Positions 38,427 through 47,908 of a stretch of 64,000 nucleotides of DNA are shown piece after piece; position 1 is the first letter of the stretch; each line of letters opens with the position of its first letter. The DNA is from Pseudomonadota bacterium. GTDB lineage: Bacteria; Desulfobacterota; Desulfobulbia; Desulfobulbales; VMSU01. The notes beneath the pieces are model-generated. The model saw only the letters and a list, made by a program, of their open reading frames with translations, searched no databases and had not been told where the DNA came from. The position numbers and the translations under genes were made by a program. The stretch lies in assembly GCA_031400755.1 (NCBI GenBank), contig JANNQL010000246.1:1008-65007 (forward strand). The letters run 5' to 3'.

Positions 38427-39321
38427 GTTGTTGACCCAGATATTTGATACAGTGAATATCGGAGTGCTTACCCTTGATCTTGAATTACAGGTCCAGTATT
38501 GGAATCGTTGGATGGAGTTGCACAGCGGAATACCTGCCGAAAAAATAATCGGCACACCAATTGTTGATTTCTATCCAAACCTGAACAATCCCCGGTTTGC
38601 CAAGAACTGCAAATCTGTGTTATCGTTTGGTAATTTTTCGTTTTTCTCTCAAAAACTCCACAAGTATCTCTTTCCCTTCAGGCCGGACAGCTCTTTCGGC
38701 AGCAGCTTTGAGTTTATGCAGCAGAGTTGTACGATGGGGCCACTCCGTGATCAGGACCACTCGATTACGAGCCTGTTTCTCATTGTCCAGGATGTCACCG
38801 AACTTGCCGCCTCTGAACAGCGTTTGATTGAGTTGAACACTAAAGACGCGCTGACCGGGATTTATAATCGGCGGTATCTGGAAGTACACCTGAAGGACGA
38901 ATGCGAACGGCATTTGCGGTATGGTCGGCAGATGAGCCTGATCATGTTTGACATCGATTTCTTCAAGAAGGTGAATGACAACTATGGCCACCAGTGCGGC
39001 GACCTCGTTCTGAAGACGATTGCCACCGGAATCTCCCAATTGGCGAGGCGCACGGACTATTTTGTCCGTTATGGCGGCGAGGAGTTCTGTTGTATATTAC
39101 CTGAGACCTCGGCCGAGGAGGCAGTGAATCAAGCGGAGCGTTTTCGTTGTTATATTGCCGGCTTGGTCATGAGGTGCAAGGAGGTCAAGGTCCAGGTGAC
39201 CATCAGTCTGGGGATTGCCGAGTTGCGCGTTGGGGACGAACCGGACCAGTTGCTGAAGCGGGCCGATGACGCCCTGTATGAAGCAAAAAAAGCGGGAAGG
39301 AACCGGGTGGTATTGGGGTAG
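38419..39321 (+). CDS. PAS - GGDEF diguanylate cyclase with an intact I-site
   Basis: 300 aa; RRTD I-site five residues before GGEEF. Overlaps the cheC-like stop by 8 nt. Confidence 0.9.
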   Translation: MSELLTQIFDTVNIGVLTLDLELQVQYWNRWMELHSGIPAEKIIGTPIVDFYPNLNNPRFAKNCKSVLSFGNFSFFSQKLHKYLFPFRPDSSFGSSFEFMQQSCTMGPLRDQDHSITSLFLIVQDVTELAASEQRLIELNTKDALTGIYNRRYLEVHLKDECERHLRYGRQMSLIMFDIDFFKKVNDNYGHQCGDLVLKTIATGISQLARRTDYFVRYGGEEFCCILPETSAEEAVNQAERFRCYIAGLVMRCKEVKVQVTISLGIAELRVGDEPDQLLKRADDALYEAKKAGRNRVVLG

Positions 39322-39342
39322 GGAAGATCCTTGAGAGATGAT

Positions 39343-39391
39343 GAAACAAAAAAAAGCCGGGGCGCACGATGCCCGGCTTTTTTTTTGTTTC
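39343..39391. terminator. Bidirectional rho-independent terminator
   Basis: GAAACAAAAAAAAGCCGGGGC-GCACGAT-GCCCGGCTTTTTTTTTGTTTC. Confidence 0.8.
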
Positions 39392-39425
39392 ATCGAAAGG
39401 CTGACTAAGGCAAGGTGAATATCTT

Positions 39426-39677
39426 TCAGCCTTTGGCGGAAGTGATATTGTTTTGCACCTCTTTGGCCTCCTGTTTCAAGGCATTGACTTCTTTGAGGCC
39501 GGGCACGTTGTCTTCCAGCATGGTCTTGCCAGTATCCTCGACATCTTTCAGGCCAGTTTTGAAGGCTTTTATGCCTTTGCCAAGGCCGGCGCCGAGTTCT
39601 GGAAGTTTCTTGCCGCCAAAGACCAGAAAGGCGATTCCCATGATCACAACCATTTCAGGCATTCCTAATCCAAACAT
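39426..39677 (-). CDS. tatA: Twin-arginine translocase TatA/E-family protein (83 aa)
   Basis: [40 protein letters not shown]. Confidence 0.85.
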   Translation of the reverse strand: MFGLGMPEMVVIMGIAFLVFGGKKLPELGAGLGKGIKAFKTGLKDVEDTGKTMLEDNVPGLKEVNALKQEAKEVQNNITSAKG

Positions 39678-39701
39678 ATGAGCCTCCTTTGTTTTGTAAT
39701 G

Positions 39702-39899
39702 TTAAGCCTTGGGGGGTGAGTCTGAGTCGTTATGGTCTTCAAGTTTTTTGTCCGGGTCAGACTTGGTGGATTCTTTAAAATTCTTGATGCCCTTACCAAT
39801 ACCTGCGCCGATTTCAGGCAGTTTGCCAGCCCCGAAGACGATAACGATGATCACCAGAATAATCAGTAATTCAGGCATTCCCAATCCAAACATGATCAA
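39702..39899 (-). CDS. tatA: Twin-arginine translocase TatA/E-family protein (65 aa), tandem paralogue
   Basis: [40 protein letters not shown]. Confidence 0.85.
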   Translation of the reverse strand: MIMFGLGMPELLIILVIIVIVFGAGKLPEIGAGIGKGIKNFKESTKSDPDKKLEDHNDSDSPPKA

Positions 39900-40114
39900 C
39901 CTCTTTAGGTTTAATTTGGCTACTATTTTTACTTAAAGTAAGCTACTTATAGCCACAAAAGCTGGCCAAGGCAATTTAATTCTACAAGTAGCAGGCGTAA
40001 CGCTTTTGATGGTGGTTAGTTTCAGCTTGACAGCCCAAGGATGGCTGGGTAAATCCTGCATGACAGGTGGATAAGGTCCACTCAAAGCAGCTTATTTCAT
40101 AACAGGAAGAGATT

Positions 40115-40879
40115 ATGATTAAAATTGGCATTATCGGTGGCTCCGGGCTTGATGATCCGAAAATTTTAGCAGAAGCGCAAGAGATTGCCGTAAATACGCC
40201 TTACGGTGCCCCTTCATCAGCACTTACCTGCGGGACGATTGCCGGTGTATCGGTGGCGATCTTGGCCCGGCATGGCAAGGACCATTCGATCTATCCCAGC
40301 GGGGTTAATTTCAAAGCCAATATCTGGGCCTTGAAGGAGCTGGGATGCACCCATATTCTGGCGGCCACCGCCGTTGGTTCCCTGCGTCGGGAAATCGAGC
40401 CTGGCCATTTGGTCTTTCCTGATCAGTTTATCGATTTCACCAAGCACAGGGCGATCACATTTTTTGATCAGGGCGCGGTTGTCCACACCCCGATGGCCGA
40501 ACCCTTCTGTCCTCATCTTCGTCAATTACTGGCGGAGAATGCCGCGAGACTTAGTATCCCGGCCCATGCCAACAAGACTGTGATTACCATTGAGGGGCCC
40601 CGTTTTTCAACCAAGGCGGAAAGTCATATGTTTCGGAGTTGGAATGCCGATGTCATCAATATGAGCACTGTGCCTGAGGTCAATCTGGCGCGTGAGCAAA
40701 AGATCCATTACGCAACGGTTGCCATGTCCACCGACTATGACTGCTGGCATGAGGATGAAGAGTCGGTGACCTGGGAGATGATCCTCTCCACCATGCGCAA
40801 GAACGCCCATAATGTCATCAAATTGTTTGTCGAGACCATCCCGCAGATCGCAGTCTATGATGACGTTTGTCTGCGATAA
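40115..40879 (+). CDS. mtnP: S-methyl-5'-thioadenosine phosphorylase
   Basis: 254 aa; IGIIGGSGL, ARHG, VINMSTVPE (PNP/MTAP family). Confidence 0.85.
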   Translation: MIKIGIIGGSGLDDPKILAEAQEIAVNTPYGAPSSALTCGTIAGVSVAILARHGKDHSIYPSGVNFKANIWALKELGCTHILAATAVGSLRREIEPGHLVFPDQFIDFTKHRAITFFDQGAVVHTPMAEPFCPHLRQLLAENAARLSIPAHANKTVITIEGPRFSTKAESHMFRSWNADVINMSTVPEVNLAREQKIHYATVAMSTDYDCWHEDEESVTWEMILSTMRKNAHNVIKLFVETIPQIAVYDDVCLR

Positions 40880-40941
40880 CATAACTTAAAGTTCAAGGAC
40901 CAGACAAACCCAAGGATGTTGAGACCTAAAGGAGAACAGCC

Positions 40942-41475
40942 ATGCCGATCAAATCAAAGATTCGCACAATTCCGGATTATCCAAAAAAAGGGATCATGTT
41001 TAGGGACATCACCACCTTAATTAAGGATCCAGTTGGCTTCCGCTTGATGATCGATAACTTAACGCAGCGTTATATCAGTAAGGAGGTTGATTATGATATC
41101 ATCGCCGGGATTGAGGCCCGTGGTTTTATCATGGGCGGCGCTCTTTCGTATACCCTGGGTAAGGGGTTTACTCCGATCCGTAAGTCCGGTAAATTGCCGG
41201 CCGAGGTTGTCAGTCAGGAGTATAGCCTGGAGTACGGCGTCGATACGATTGAAATCCACAAGGACGCCTTTCCGCCCGGCACCCGGGTCCTGATTGTCGA
41301 TGACCTGCTGGCCACCGGCGGTACTGCCCTGGCGGCTGCGGCCCTGGTGGAAAAACTGGGTGGTGTGGTGGCGGAGTTGGCCTTCATCGTCAACCTGCCC
41401 GATGTCGGCGGTGAAAAGAAGTTACAGGACAAAGGTTACAATGTCTTCTCGTTGACAGAATTTGAAGGGGATTAA
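40942..41475 (+). CDS. apt: Adenine phosphoribosyltransferase
   Basis: 177 aa; IRTIPDYPKKGIMFRDIT, VLIVDDLLATGGT PRPP motif. Confidence 0.92.
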   Translation: MPIKSKIRTIPDYPKKGIMFRDITTLIKDPVGFRLMIDNLTQRYISKEVDYDIIAGIEARGFIMGGALSYTLGKGFTPIRKSGKLPAEVVSQEYSLEYGVDTIEIHKDAFPPGTRVLIVDDLLATGGTALAAAALVEKLGGVVAELAFIVNLPDVGGEKKLQDKGYNVFSLTEFEGD

Positions 41476-41515
41476 GGCCACATCAAAAAAGTATTTTGAA
41501 ATATTTGTGCAGTAT

Positions 41516-41556
41516 CAAAGAGGCCAGCTGATCAAGATGAAAAGCTGGCCTCTTTG
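41516..41556. terminator. Rho-independent terminator between apt and the VanZ-like gene
   Basis: CAAAGAGGCCAGCT-loop-AGCTGGCCTCTTTG followed by TTTG. Confidence 0.7.
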
Positions 41557-41598
41557 TTTGGGAGGATCGCAATAACTTGAACATTTTGCCCCCCCCAT

Positions 41599-41982
41599 TC
41601 AGCGTCTTGTCATGTCCCTCCACCACCAGACCCCAGCAACAATAGCTGCTCCCAAGGTGTCGGCAATGATATCGGCAAGGCAGGCGGTCCTGAGCGGCAC
41701 AAAGGACTGATGGAATTCATCGCTTGCGCCGTAGAAGGCAGCAAAACAGACCACCCCAAGGGCGATTGATTTCTTGGCCTGATTGGGAACAGGATGCAGG
41801 GCAAAAAAACAGGTGGCGGCCAAGATGCCGTATTCCAGCATGTGCCAGGCCTTGTCGTAATTCAATAATTTTGGCAGGTGAAGTTGGTCGCCTGGCAGGG
41901 AGGAAACCACAAAGATGGCGGTCATCACCACAATGACCGGGATGAACCGGCTTGGGGCGATGATCACGGGACTTCCTTTCAT
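41599..41982 (-). CDS. VanZ-like membrane protein
   Basis: Four TM helices; DKAWHMLEYGIL and SDEFHQSFVPLR motifs. Start placed at MKGSPVII. Confidence 0.6.
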   Translation of the reverse strand: MKGSPVIIAPSRFIPVIVVMTAIFVVSSLPGDQLHLPKLLNYDKAWHMLEYGILAATCFFALHPVPNQAKKSIALGVVCFAAFYGASDEFHQSFVPLRTACLADIIADTLGAAIVAGVWWWRDMTRR

Positions 41983-41989
41983 CTTATAA

Positions 41990-42490
41990 CTATTTTGAAT
42001 CGACGTGGATTTGATTGAGGAGTTCGCTTGGGAAACGGCTCTGGAGTTTTTTGATGGAGGCGGTGATCGAGGCAGTTGGATAGTCAGCATGTTTTTCTAC
42101 TGCCTTGTCGGCATAAGCGGTGGTGCTGAACACTTTGCCTTTGACGGTAAACTGGTGTGACCAGTTTACTTCGATGGTCTCGGCTGATTCGTTAATCTCG
42201 ACTTCGATCTTTTCTCCGGCCTTGGCCACCCGGACAGCATCCATTTCAGTCAACTCCAGCAGCCAGGCGTCGCCGTCTTTGGTGGAGAAGAGGACAAAGA
42301 CGCCGATGACCTTCATGGTCTCTTCATGATTGGCTGCTGCTGCTTGCAGCGTTGCAACCTCTTCAGTAATGGAGACCTTTTTTTGTTGCAACAGGGCTAA
42401 GTCATTGGCCTGATTTTTCTGCAAACAACATCTCTTATATTTGCGCCCGCTACCACAGGGGCATTGGTCGTTTCTGCTGATTTTAGACAT
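41990..42490 (-). CDS. SEC-C motif (CPCGSGxKYKxCC) domain protein
   Basis: N-terminal NDQCPCGSGRKYKRCC; the rest is uncharacterised. Confidence 0.6.
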   Translation of the reverse strand: MSKISRNDQCPCGSGRKYKRCCLQKNQANDLALLQQKKVSITEEVATLQAAAANHEETMKVIGVFVLFSTKDGDAWLLELTEMDAVRVAKAGEKIEVEINESAETIEVNWSHQFTVKGKVFSTTAYADKAVEKHADYPTASITASIKKLQSRFPSELLNQIHVDSK

Positions 42491-42630
42491 TATTGGTCTC
42501 CATCATAAGGAATGATTTCATTGCCTGAATGTATCAGGCAAATATAGTCTACCCAGGATAAATTGCAAGGACTGTCAACCGGCCTCATGAAAAATATGGG
42601 GTGACTTGTTGCCTCAGTCTTGGCTGTGCT

Positions 42631-43677
42631 TCAGGTCTGCGAGGCCAATTGACCGCAGGCGGCCGAGATGTCGGCGCCACGGCTGTTGCGGACCAGGGTG
42701 GTGAAGCCGGCCTGACGGAGAATATGCGAAAAAGTTCTAATCGTTTGTTGATCAGGGCAACGGTAGGGCAGTGTGTCTGACTCATTGAACGGCATAAGGT
42801 TGATCCGGCAGGGAATGCCGCGCAGTCGCATCGCTAAAAGTCGGGCGGCGGCGGCAGAATCATTGAGGCCCTGGAAGAGGACATATTCGATCAGAATGAC
42901 CTTGCCGGGGGGCAGAGGATAGTCGCGGCAGGCCTTCAGCAGCGTATCGATGGGGTAGGTGCGGTTTACCGGCATCAAAAGGTTTCGGGTTTCGTCATCA
43001 GCGGCGTGCAGGGAAATGGCCAGATTGACCTGGACTGCTAGGCCAAGGTCCTTAATCCTCGGCACGATCCCGCAGGTCGAAACGGTGATCCGCCGTTCGG
43101 TGAATTCAAGCCCCTTCACGTCCATCAGGATGTCTAGCGAGGTCAACAGATGATCAAAATTGGCCAGCGGCTCGCCCATCCCCATGAAGACCAGATTGTT
43201 GATCAACTCTCTGGGCGTCGCGCGGCGCACCCCGGCCTGCACCAGGTACTGCATGGCGGCGACGACCTGACCAACGATCTCGGCGGGCTGCAGGTTGCGG
43301 ACAAGCCCCATACGGCCAGTAAGGCAGAATTGACAGCCCATGGCGCAGCCGGCCTGGGATGAGACGCAGAGGGTATGGCGGCGGGGGCCTGGGATCAAGA
43401 CGCTCTCGATGCGGGCGTCATCATGCAGTTGGAACCCGAACTTTACCGTCCCGTCTTGGGAGGTTTCAATCTGATAGGAGTTGAGCTGGCTGATGAAGGC
43501 GTTGGCCAGCAGGACCTCACGGATCTGCCGTTTGACGATGGTTAGGTCGGCAAGATCAGTATTTTCTGGTCGAAACAGCCAGGCGAAGACATGGCCGGCC
43601 CGCTCCGGCGGCAGGCCGAGTCCGGCAAAAAAATCGGCCATCTGTTTGACGGTAAAGTTCCTGAGGTCAGTCTTCAT
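42631..43677 (-). CDS. rlmN: 23S rRNA/tRNA adenine-C2 methyltransferase RlmN (radical SAM)
   Basis: Start at MKTDLRNFTVKQ (ATG 43677); SSQAGCAMGCQFCLTG, MGMGEPL, C-terminal GADISAACGQL. The 119 upstream track codons cross repeat DNA. Confidence 0.9.
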   Translation of the reverse strand: MKTDLRNFTVKQMADFFAGLGLPPERAGHVFAWLFRPENTDLADLTIVKRQIREVLLANAFISQLNSYQIETSQDGTVKFGFQLHDDARIESVLIPGPRRHTLCVSSQAGCAMGCQFCLTGRMGLVRNLQPAEIVGQVVAAMQYLVQAGVRRATPRELINNLVFMGMGEPLANFDHLLTSLDILMDVKGLEFTERRITVSTCGIVPRIKDLGLAVQVNLAISLHAADDETRNLLMPVNRTYPIDTLLKACRDYPLPPGKVILIEYVLFQGLNDSAAAARLLAMRLRGIPCRINLMPFNESDTLPYRCPDQQTIRTFSHILRQAGFTTLVRNSRGADISAACGQLASQT

Positions 43678-43783
43678 GGATTGCGAATGTACATGGGAAT
43701 GGCTGGTCTCACAAGTCCTGTTCGAGACAAATTTTCTTTGCCTAATTGACCAAAGGGTTGTAAAAATGGCCCTTTGCCGTTTC

Positions 43784-43827
43784 AGCCAATGGCCATTGGC
43801 TACCGAATCAGTATGCCAATGGCCATT
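43784..43827. promoter_or_regulatory. 18-nt perfect palindrome plus a second half-copy in the rlmN/purL divergent region (candidate operator)
   Basis: AGCCAATGGCCATTGGCT (43784..43801) and GCCAATGGCCATT (43815..43827). Confidence 0.3.
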
Positions 43828-43853
43828 TTTTTCATAACCCGTAAGGGCCTGGG

Positions 43854-43995
43854 CAAGAAATAAGCGTCCAAAGATTGCGCCGGATTCCGGTTCGACTTCA
43901 AGGCGTAGCAAGGGGCGCATAGCAGCGCTATGTAACCCTTGCTGCAACGCAGAAGCCGGGCCGAAAGACAAGCAAGACTGGATGATTATTTCTTG
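43854..43995. repeat. 142-nt imperfect-palindrome intergenic element (copy R2)
   Basis: Termini CAAGAAATAA / TTATTTCTTG. Centre is CATAGCAGCGCTATG, flanked by AGCAAGGG / CCCTTGCT. Confidence 0.45.
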
Positions 43996-44026
43996 ACGAG
44001 GCCCTAGCAAGCCATCAGGTGAGATC

Positions 44027-47000
44027 ATGCCCAAAACTGTCCTGCAACTGTATCGTCAATTTAACGAGCAGATGGAGTTTTGTTTCAATATCGAGAGTTC
44101 TGAGCCTTTGACAACAGACGAACAGGGCCAGATTTGTCTGCTCTTGGCTGACGGCTTTATCAAGGAGACAGTCAGCCCCACCCCCCACTTTGTCGGCCCA
44201 CGGGTGATCGAGGTCGGTCCCCGCTTGAATTTTGCCACCGCCTGGTCCTCGAATATGGTCTCTATCTGTCAGGCCACCGGGCTCACGACCATTCAGCGAG
44301 TGGAACGCTCCCGGCGCTATCTGGTAGTGGAGGGACAAGACATTAATGATTTTATCCAAACCCATCACGATCGGATGACCGAGTGTCCCTATCCTGCCCC
44401 TCTGACCAGCTTTGAGACCGGCATTGTCCCGGAACAGGTCTATGAGGTGCCGATGAAAGAACAGGGGCCGGATGCCCTGCTGGCCATCCCCGGCATCTCC
44501 ATGGACGAGTGGGACCGCAATTTTTATTACGACTATTTTGTGGGCAAGCATCAGCGTAATCCCACCATTGTCGAGATCATGGACCTAAATAACGCCAACA
44601 GCGAGCACTCCCGGCACGGTTTTTTCCGGGGCAAGCAGATTATTGATGGCGAGACTCAGCCGGAAAACTTGATGGAGGTGGTCAAATCGACCCTGGAGGC
44701 CAACCCGGGAAACAGCGTCATCGCCTTTAAGGACAACTCCAGCGCCATTATTGGCAGCAAGGTTTGGGCCATGGTGCCGACCTTTCCTGGTCAGCCCTCG
44801 GCCCTTACCATTAAAGAGGCGACATATCATATCCTGCTCACCGCTGAGACCCATAATTTCCCCACCGGCGTCGCCCCCTTTCCCGGGGCGGAGACCGGCA
44901 CCGGCGGTCGGATTCGTGACGTGCAGGGCACTGGCCGTGGTGGTTTTATCGGGGCCGGTACTGCCGCCTATTGCGTGGCCAACCTCCACATCCCCGGCTA
45001 CGACCTGCCCTGGGAAGAGCGCTATCCATGTCCCGGCAATCTGGCCAGCGCTCTTGAGATCGAGATTGAGGCCAGTAACGGCGCCTCGGATTATGGCAAT
45101 AAATTCGGTGAGCCCCTGATTCAGGGCTTCACTCGCTCTTTTGATCTGCGCTTGAATGATGGCGAGCGCTGGGGCTTTTTGAAGCCGATCATGTTTACTG
45201 CCGGCATCGGCCAGATCGATGATCGCCACATCGAAAAAAATGAGGCAAAGTCAGGCATGCACATCATCCAGGTCGGCGGCCCGGCCTATCGGGTGGGCTT
45301 TGGCGGTGGTGCTGCCTCCAGCATGTTGCAGGGCGATAACGTGGCTGATCTCGACTTCAACGCCGTGCAGCGCGGCGATGCCGAGATGGAACAAAAGATG
45401 AATAGGGTGATCCGGGCCTGTAACGAGATGGGCGATCAGACCCTGGTCGAGGTCATCCACGACCAGGGGGCTGGCGGTCCGGGCAATGTCTTAAAGGAGT
45501 TGGTAGAGAAATCAGGCGGTCGGATCGGCATTAGAAAGATCAAGGCCGGCGACCCTACCATGTCGGTCCTTGAGATCTATGTGGCCGAATACCAGGAGCG
45601 CAATGGTTTTTTGATCAGCCCGCATAATTTAGAAAAATTTCAGTCCATCTGCGAGCGCGAGAAGGTCAACTGCGAGGTCTTGGGGCAGGTGACCGGCGAT
45701 CTGCGTTTTGTGGTCGAGGACGAGGCCGATGGTTCGACCCCGGTAGATCTGGAGCTGAACGAGGTCTTGGGCAATATCCCCACCAAGACCTTTACTGATG
45801 AACGGCGTCAAGACACTCTGCCGCCAGTCGTCCTGCCTGTCGATTTGACGGTCATGGGGGCCTTGACCAATGTCTTGCGCCTCCTTTCCGTAGGCTCCAA
45901 ACGTTTTTTGACCAACAAGGTTGATCGTTCAGTGACCGGCTTGATTGCCCAGCAGCCCTGTTGCGGCCCCTTGCAGGCCACGGTCAGTGACGTAGCGGTG
46001 GTGGCCCAGACTCATTTTGGGCTGACTGGCGGGGCCTGCGCCATCGGTGAGCAGCCCATCAAGATGATCGCCGACCCCAGGGCCGGGGCCCGTATGGCAG
46101 TGGGCGAGGCGGTGACCAATCTGCTCTGGGCCAGGATTGAGGGCCTGAACCGGGTCAAGTGTTCGGCCAACTGGATGTGGGCACCGAAACTTGCCGGCGA
46201 AGGAGCGGCCCTCTATGATGCGGCCTGCGCCATGCGGGAGACGATGATCAAACTGGGGGTAGCGGTGGATGGCGGCAAGGACAGCCTGTCCATGGCGACC
46301 CGGGTCGGAGACGAGACGGTCAAGTCGCCTCGTGAGTTAGTGGTCTCGGTGTATGCCGCCATGAGTGATATCACTAAGAAGGCGACCCCTGATTTGAAGC
46401 GACCTGGACACTCTGTCCTCTTTTATATTGATTTAGGGGGCGGGCGCAGTCGCTTGGGCGGCTCGGCCCTGGCCCAGACCTTAAAGCAGATCGGCGCCGA
46501 ACCGGCCGATCTTGACGATCCGGCCTTGCTGGGCCGGGCCTTTACCGCTGTCCAGACCTTGCTCGGTCAAGACCTGGTCCTGGCGGGCCATGATCGCAGC
46601 GATGGCGGCCTGATTACGACGCTTCTGGAGATGGCCTTTGCCGGCAATTGCGGGCTGGAGGTTGATCTGCACGGTCAGAGACAGGCCTTGCCGCATCTCT
46701 TCAGCGAGGAATTGGGGTTGGTTTTCGAAGTCGATAACGCTAAACAGGCATTCATCTCCAAGACCCTTGAAGAGGCCGGCGTCCCGGCCACGGTCATCGC
46801 TAACACCACGAAAGATAAGGTCATTCGGGTGCGCTACAATCAAGAGGTGGTGCTTGATGAAGACATGCGGGTCCTGCGGGGCCTGTGGGAAGAGACCAGC
46901 TTCCGGCTCGAAAGTCGTCAGATGGACCCGGCCTGCGCCGTGGCCGAGAAAGAGAATATCTATGACCGGCAGGGGCCGCGCTACACCGTGCCTTTTACGC

Positions 47001-47833
47001 CCCGCCCAACCTCCGCAGCCATCCTGGCCAAGCCCAATAAGCCGAAGGTCGCCATTTTGCGGGACGAGGGCAGCAACTCGGACCGCGAGATGAGCGCCGC
47101 TTTTTATGCCGCAGGTTTTGAACCATGGGACATCACCATGACTGACCTCCTTGCTGGCAAAATCACACTCGATGCCTTCCGGGGTCTGGCGGCGGTAGGG
47201 GGCTTCTCCTATGCCGATGTCCCGGAAAGCGCCAAGGGCTGGGCCGCCACCATCAAATTCAATCAGAAGCTGGCCGATATGTTCCTGGCATTTTATGATC
47301 GACCAGATACTTTTTCGCTGGGGATTTGTAACGGCTGCCAGTTATTCGCCCTCCTCGGCTGGGTGCCGTGGCCGGGGATCGAAGCGGCCCAGCAACCGCG
47401 TTTCATCCGCAATACCTCGGGCCGCTTTGAGTCTCGTTGGTCAACCGTAAAAGTCCTGCCCAGCCCGGCGATTATGCTCAAAGGCATGGAGGGCCTGGTC
47501 TTCGGTATTCATGTCGCCCATGGCGAAGGCTTGCTGGATTTCCCGAACAAGGCAATCCAGCGCCAGGTGCTGGAGCAAGGCCTGGCCACGCTCTGTTTCG
47601 TCGATGACCATGGCCAACCGACCATGGCCTATCCCTTCAACCCCAATGGTTCGCCGGACGCCCTGACCGGGCTCTGCACCCCGGATGGCCGCCATCTGGC
47701 CATGATGCCTCACCCGGAACGGACCTTTTTGAAATGGCAGGCCCATTGGCTGCCGGAAGGGATGAAAAGAGAGCTGGCCGCCTCGCCCTGGCTGACGATG
47801 TTTCAGAACGCCTATGCTTGGTGTGTCGGCTGA
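44027..47833 (+). CDS. purL: Phosphoribosylformylglycinamidine synthase, large single-chain form
   Basis: 1268 aa, collinear with E. coli-type PurL; C-terminal glutaminase GICNGCQ, HPER. Confidence 0.95.
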   Translation: MPKTVLQLYRQFNEQMEFCFNIESSEPLTTDEQGQICLLLADGFIKETVSPTPHFVGPRVIEVGPRLNFATAWSSNMVSICQATGLTTIQRVERSRRYLVVEGQDINDFIQTHHDRMTECPYPAPLTSFETGIVPEQVYEVPMKEQGPDALLAIPGISMDEWDRNFYYDYFVGKHQRNPTIVEIMDLNNANSEHSRHGFFRGKQIIDGETQPENLMEVVKSTLEANPGNSVIAFKDNSSAIIGSKVWAMVPTFPGQPSALTIKEATYHILLTAETHNFPTGVAPFPGAETGTGGRIRDVQGTGRGGFIGAGTAAYCVANLHIPGYDLPWEERYPCPGNLASALEIEIEASNGASDYGNKFGEPLIQGFTRSFDLRLNDGERWGFLKPIMFTAGIGQIDDRHIEKNEAKSGMHIIQVGGPAYRVGFGGGAASSMLQGDNVADLDFNAVQRGDAEMEQKMNRVIRACNEMGDQTLVEVIHDQGAGGPGNVLKELVEKSGGRIGIRKIKAGDPTMSVLEIYVAEYQERNGFLISPHNLEKFQSICEREKVNCEVLGQVTGDLRFVVEDEADGSTPVDLELNEVLGNIPTKTFTDERRQDTLPPVVLPVDLTVMGALTNVLRLLSVGSKRFLTNKVDRSVTGLIAQQPCCGPLQATVSDVAVVAQTHFGLTGGACAIGEQPIKMIADPRAGARMAVGEAVTNLLWARIEGLNRVKCSANWMWAPKLAGEGAALYDAACAMRETMIKLGVAVDGGKDSLSMATRVGDETVKSPRELVVSVYAAMSDITKKATPDLKRPGHSVLFYIDLGGGRSRLGGSALAQTLKQIGAEPADLDDPALLGRAFTAVQTLLGQDLVLAGHDRSDGGLITTLLEMAFAGNCGLEVDLHGQRQALPHLFSEELGLVFEVDNAKQAFISKTLEEAGVPATVIANTTKDKVIRVRYNQEVVLDEDMRVLRGLWEETSFRLESRQMDPACAVAEKENIYDRQGPRYTVPFTPRPTSAAILAKPNKPKVAILRDEGSNSDREMSAAFYAAGFEPWDITMTDLLAGKITLDAFRGLAAVGGFSYADVPESAKGWAATIKFNQKLADMFLAFYDRPDTFSLGICNGCQLFALLGWVPWPGIEAAQQPRFIRNTSGRFESRWSTVKVLPSPAIMLKGMEGLVFGIHVAHGEGLLDFPNKAIQRQVLEQGLATLCFVDDHGQPTMAYPFNPNGSPDALTGLCTPDGRHLAMMPHPERTFLKWQAHWLPEGMKRELAASPWLTMFQNAYAWCVG

Positions 47834-47841
47834 CAGAATAA

Positions 47842-47886
47842 GGTAACCTTGAAAAATCGGCAGGAAGGCGATTTTTTAAGGTTACC
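47842..47886. terminator. Long hairpin terminator between convergent purL and the kinase gene
   Basis: GGTAACCTTGAAAAATCG / CGATTTTTTAAGGTTACC: 18-bp stem including one G.U, 9-nt loop. Confidence 0.7.
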
Positions 47887-47908
47887 ATAAGATATGAAAA
47901 GAAGCCGT

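Noticed and set aside
43854-43995. Purine/ZTP riboswitch or tRNA-like element upstream of purL (contains GGTTCGA)
   Set aside because: No ZTP/pfl conserved segments and no cloverleaf can be drawn. The sequence is a long imperfect palindrome related to the R1/R3 repeats.
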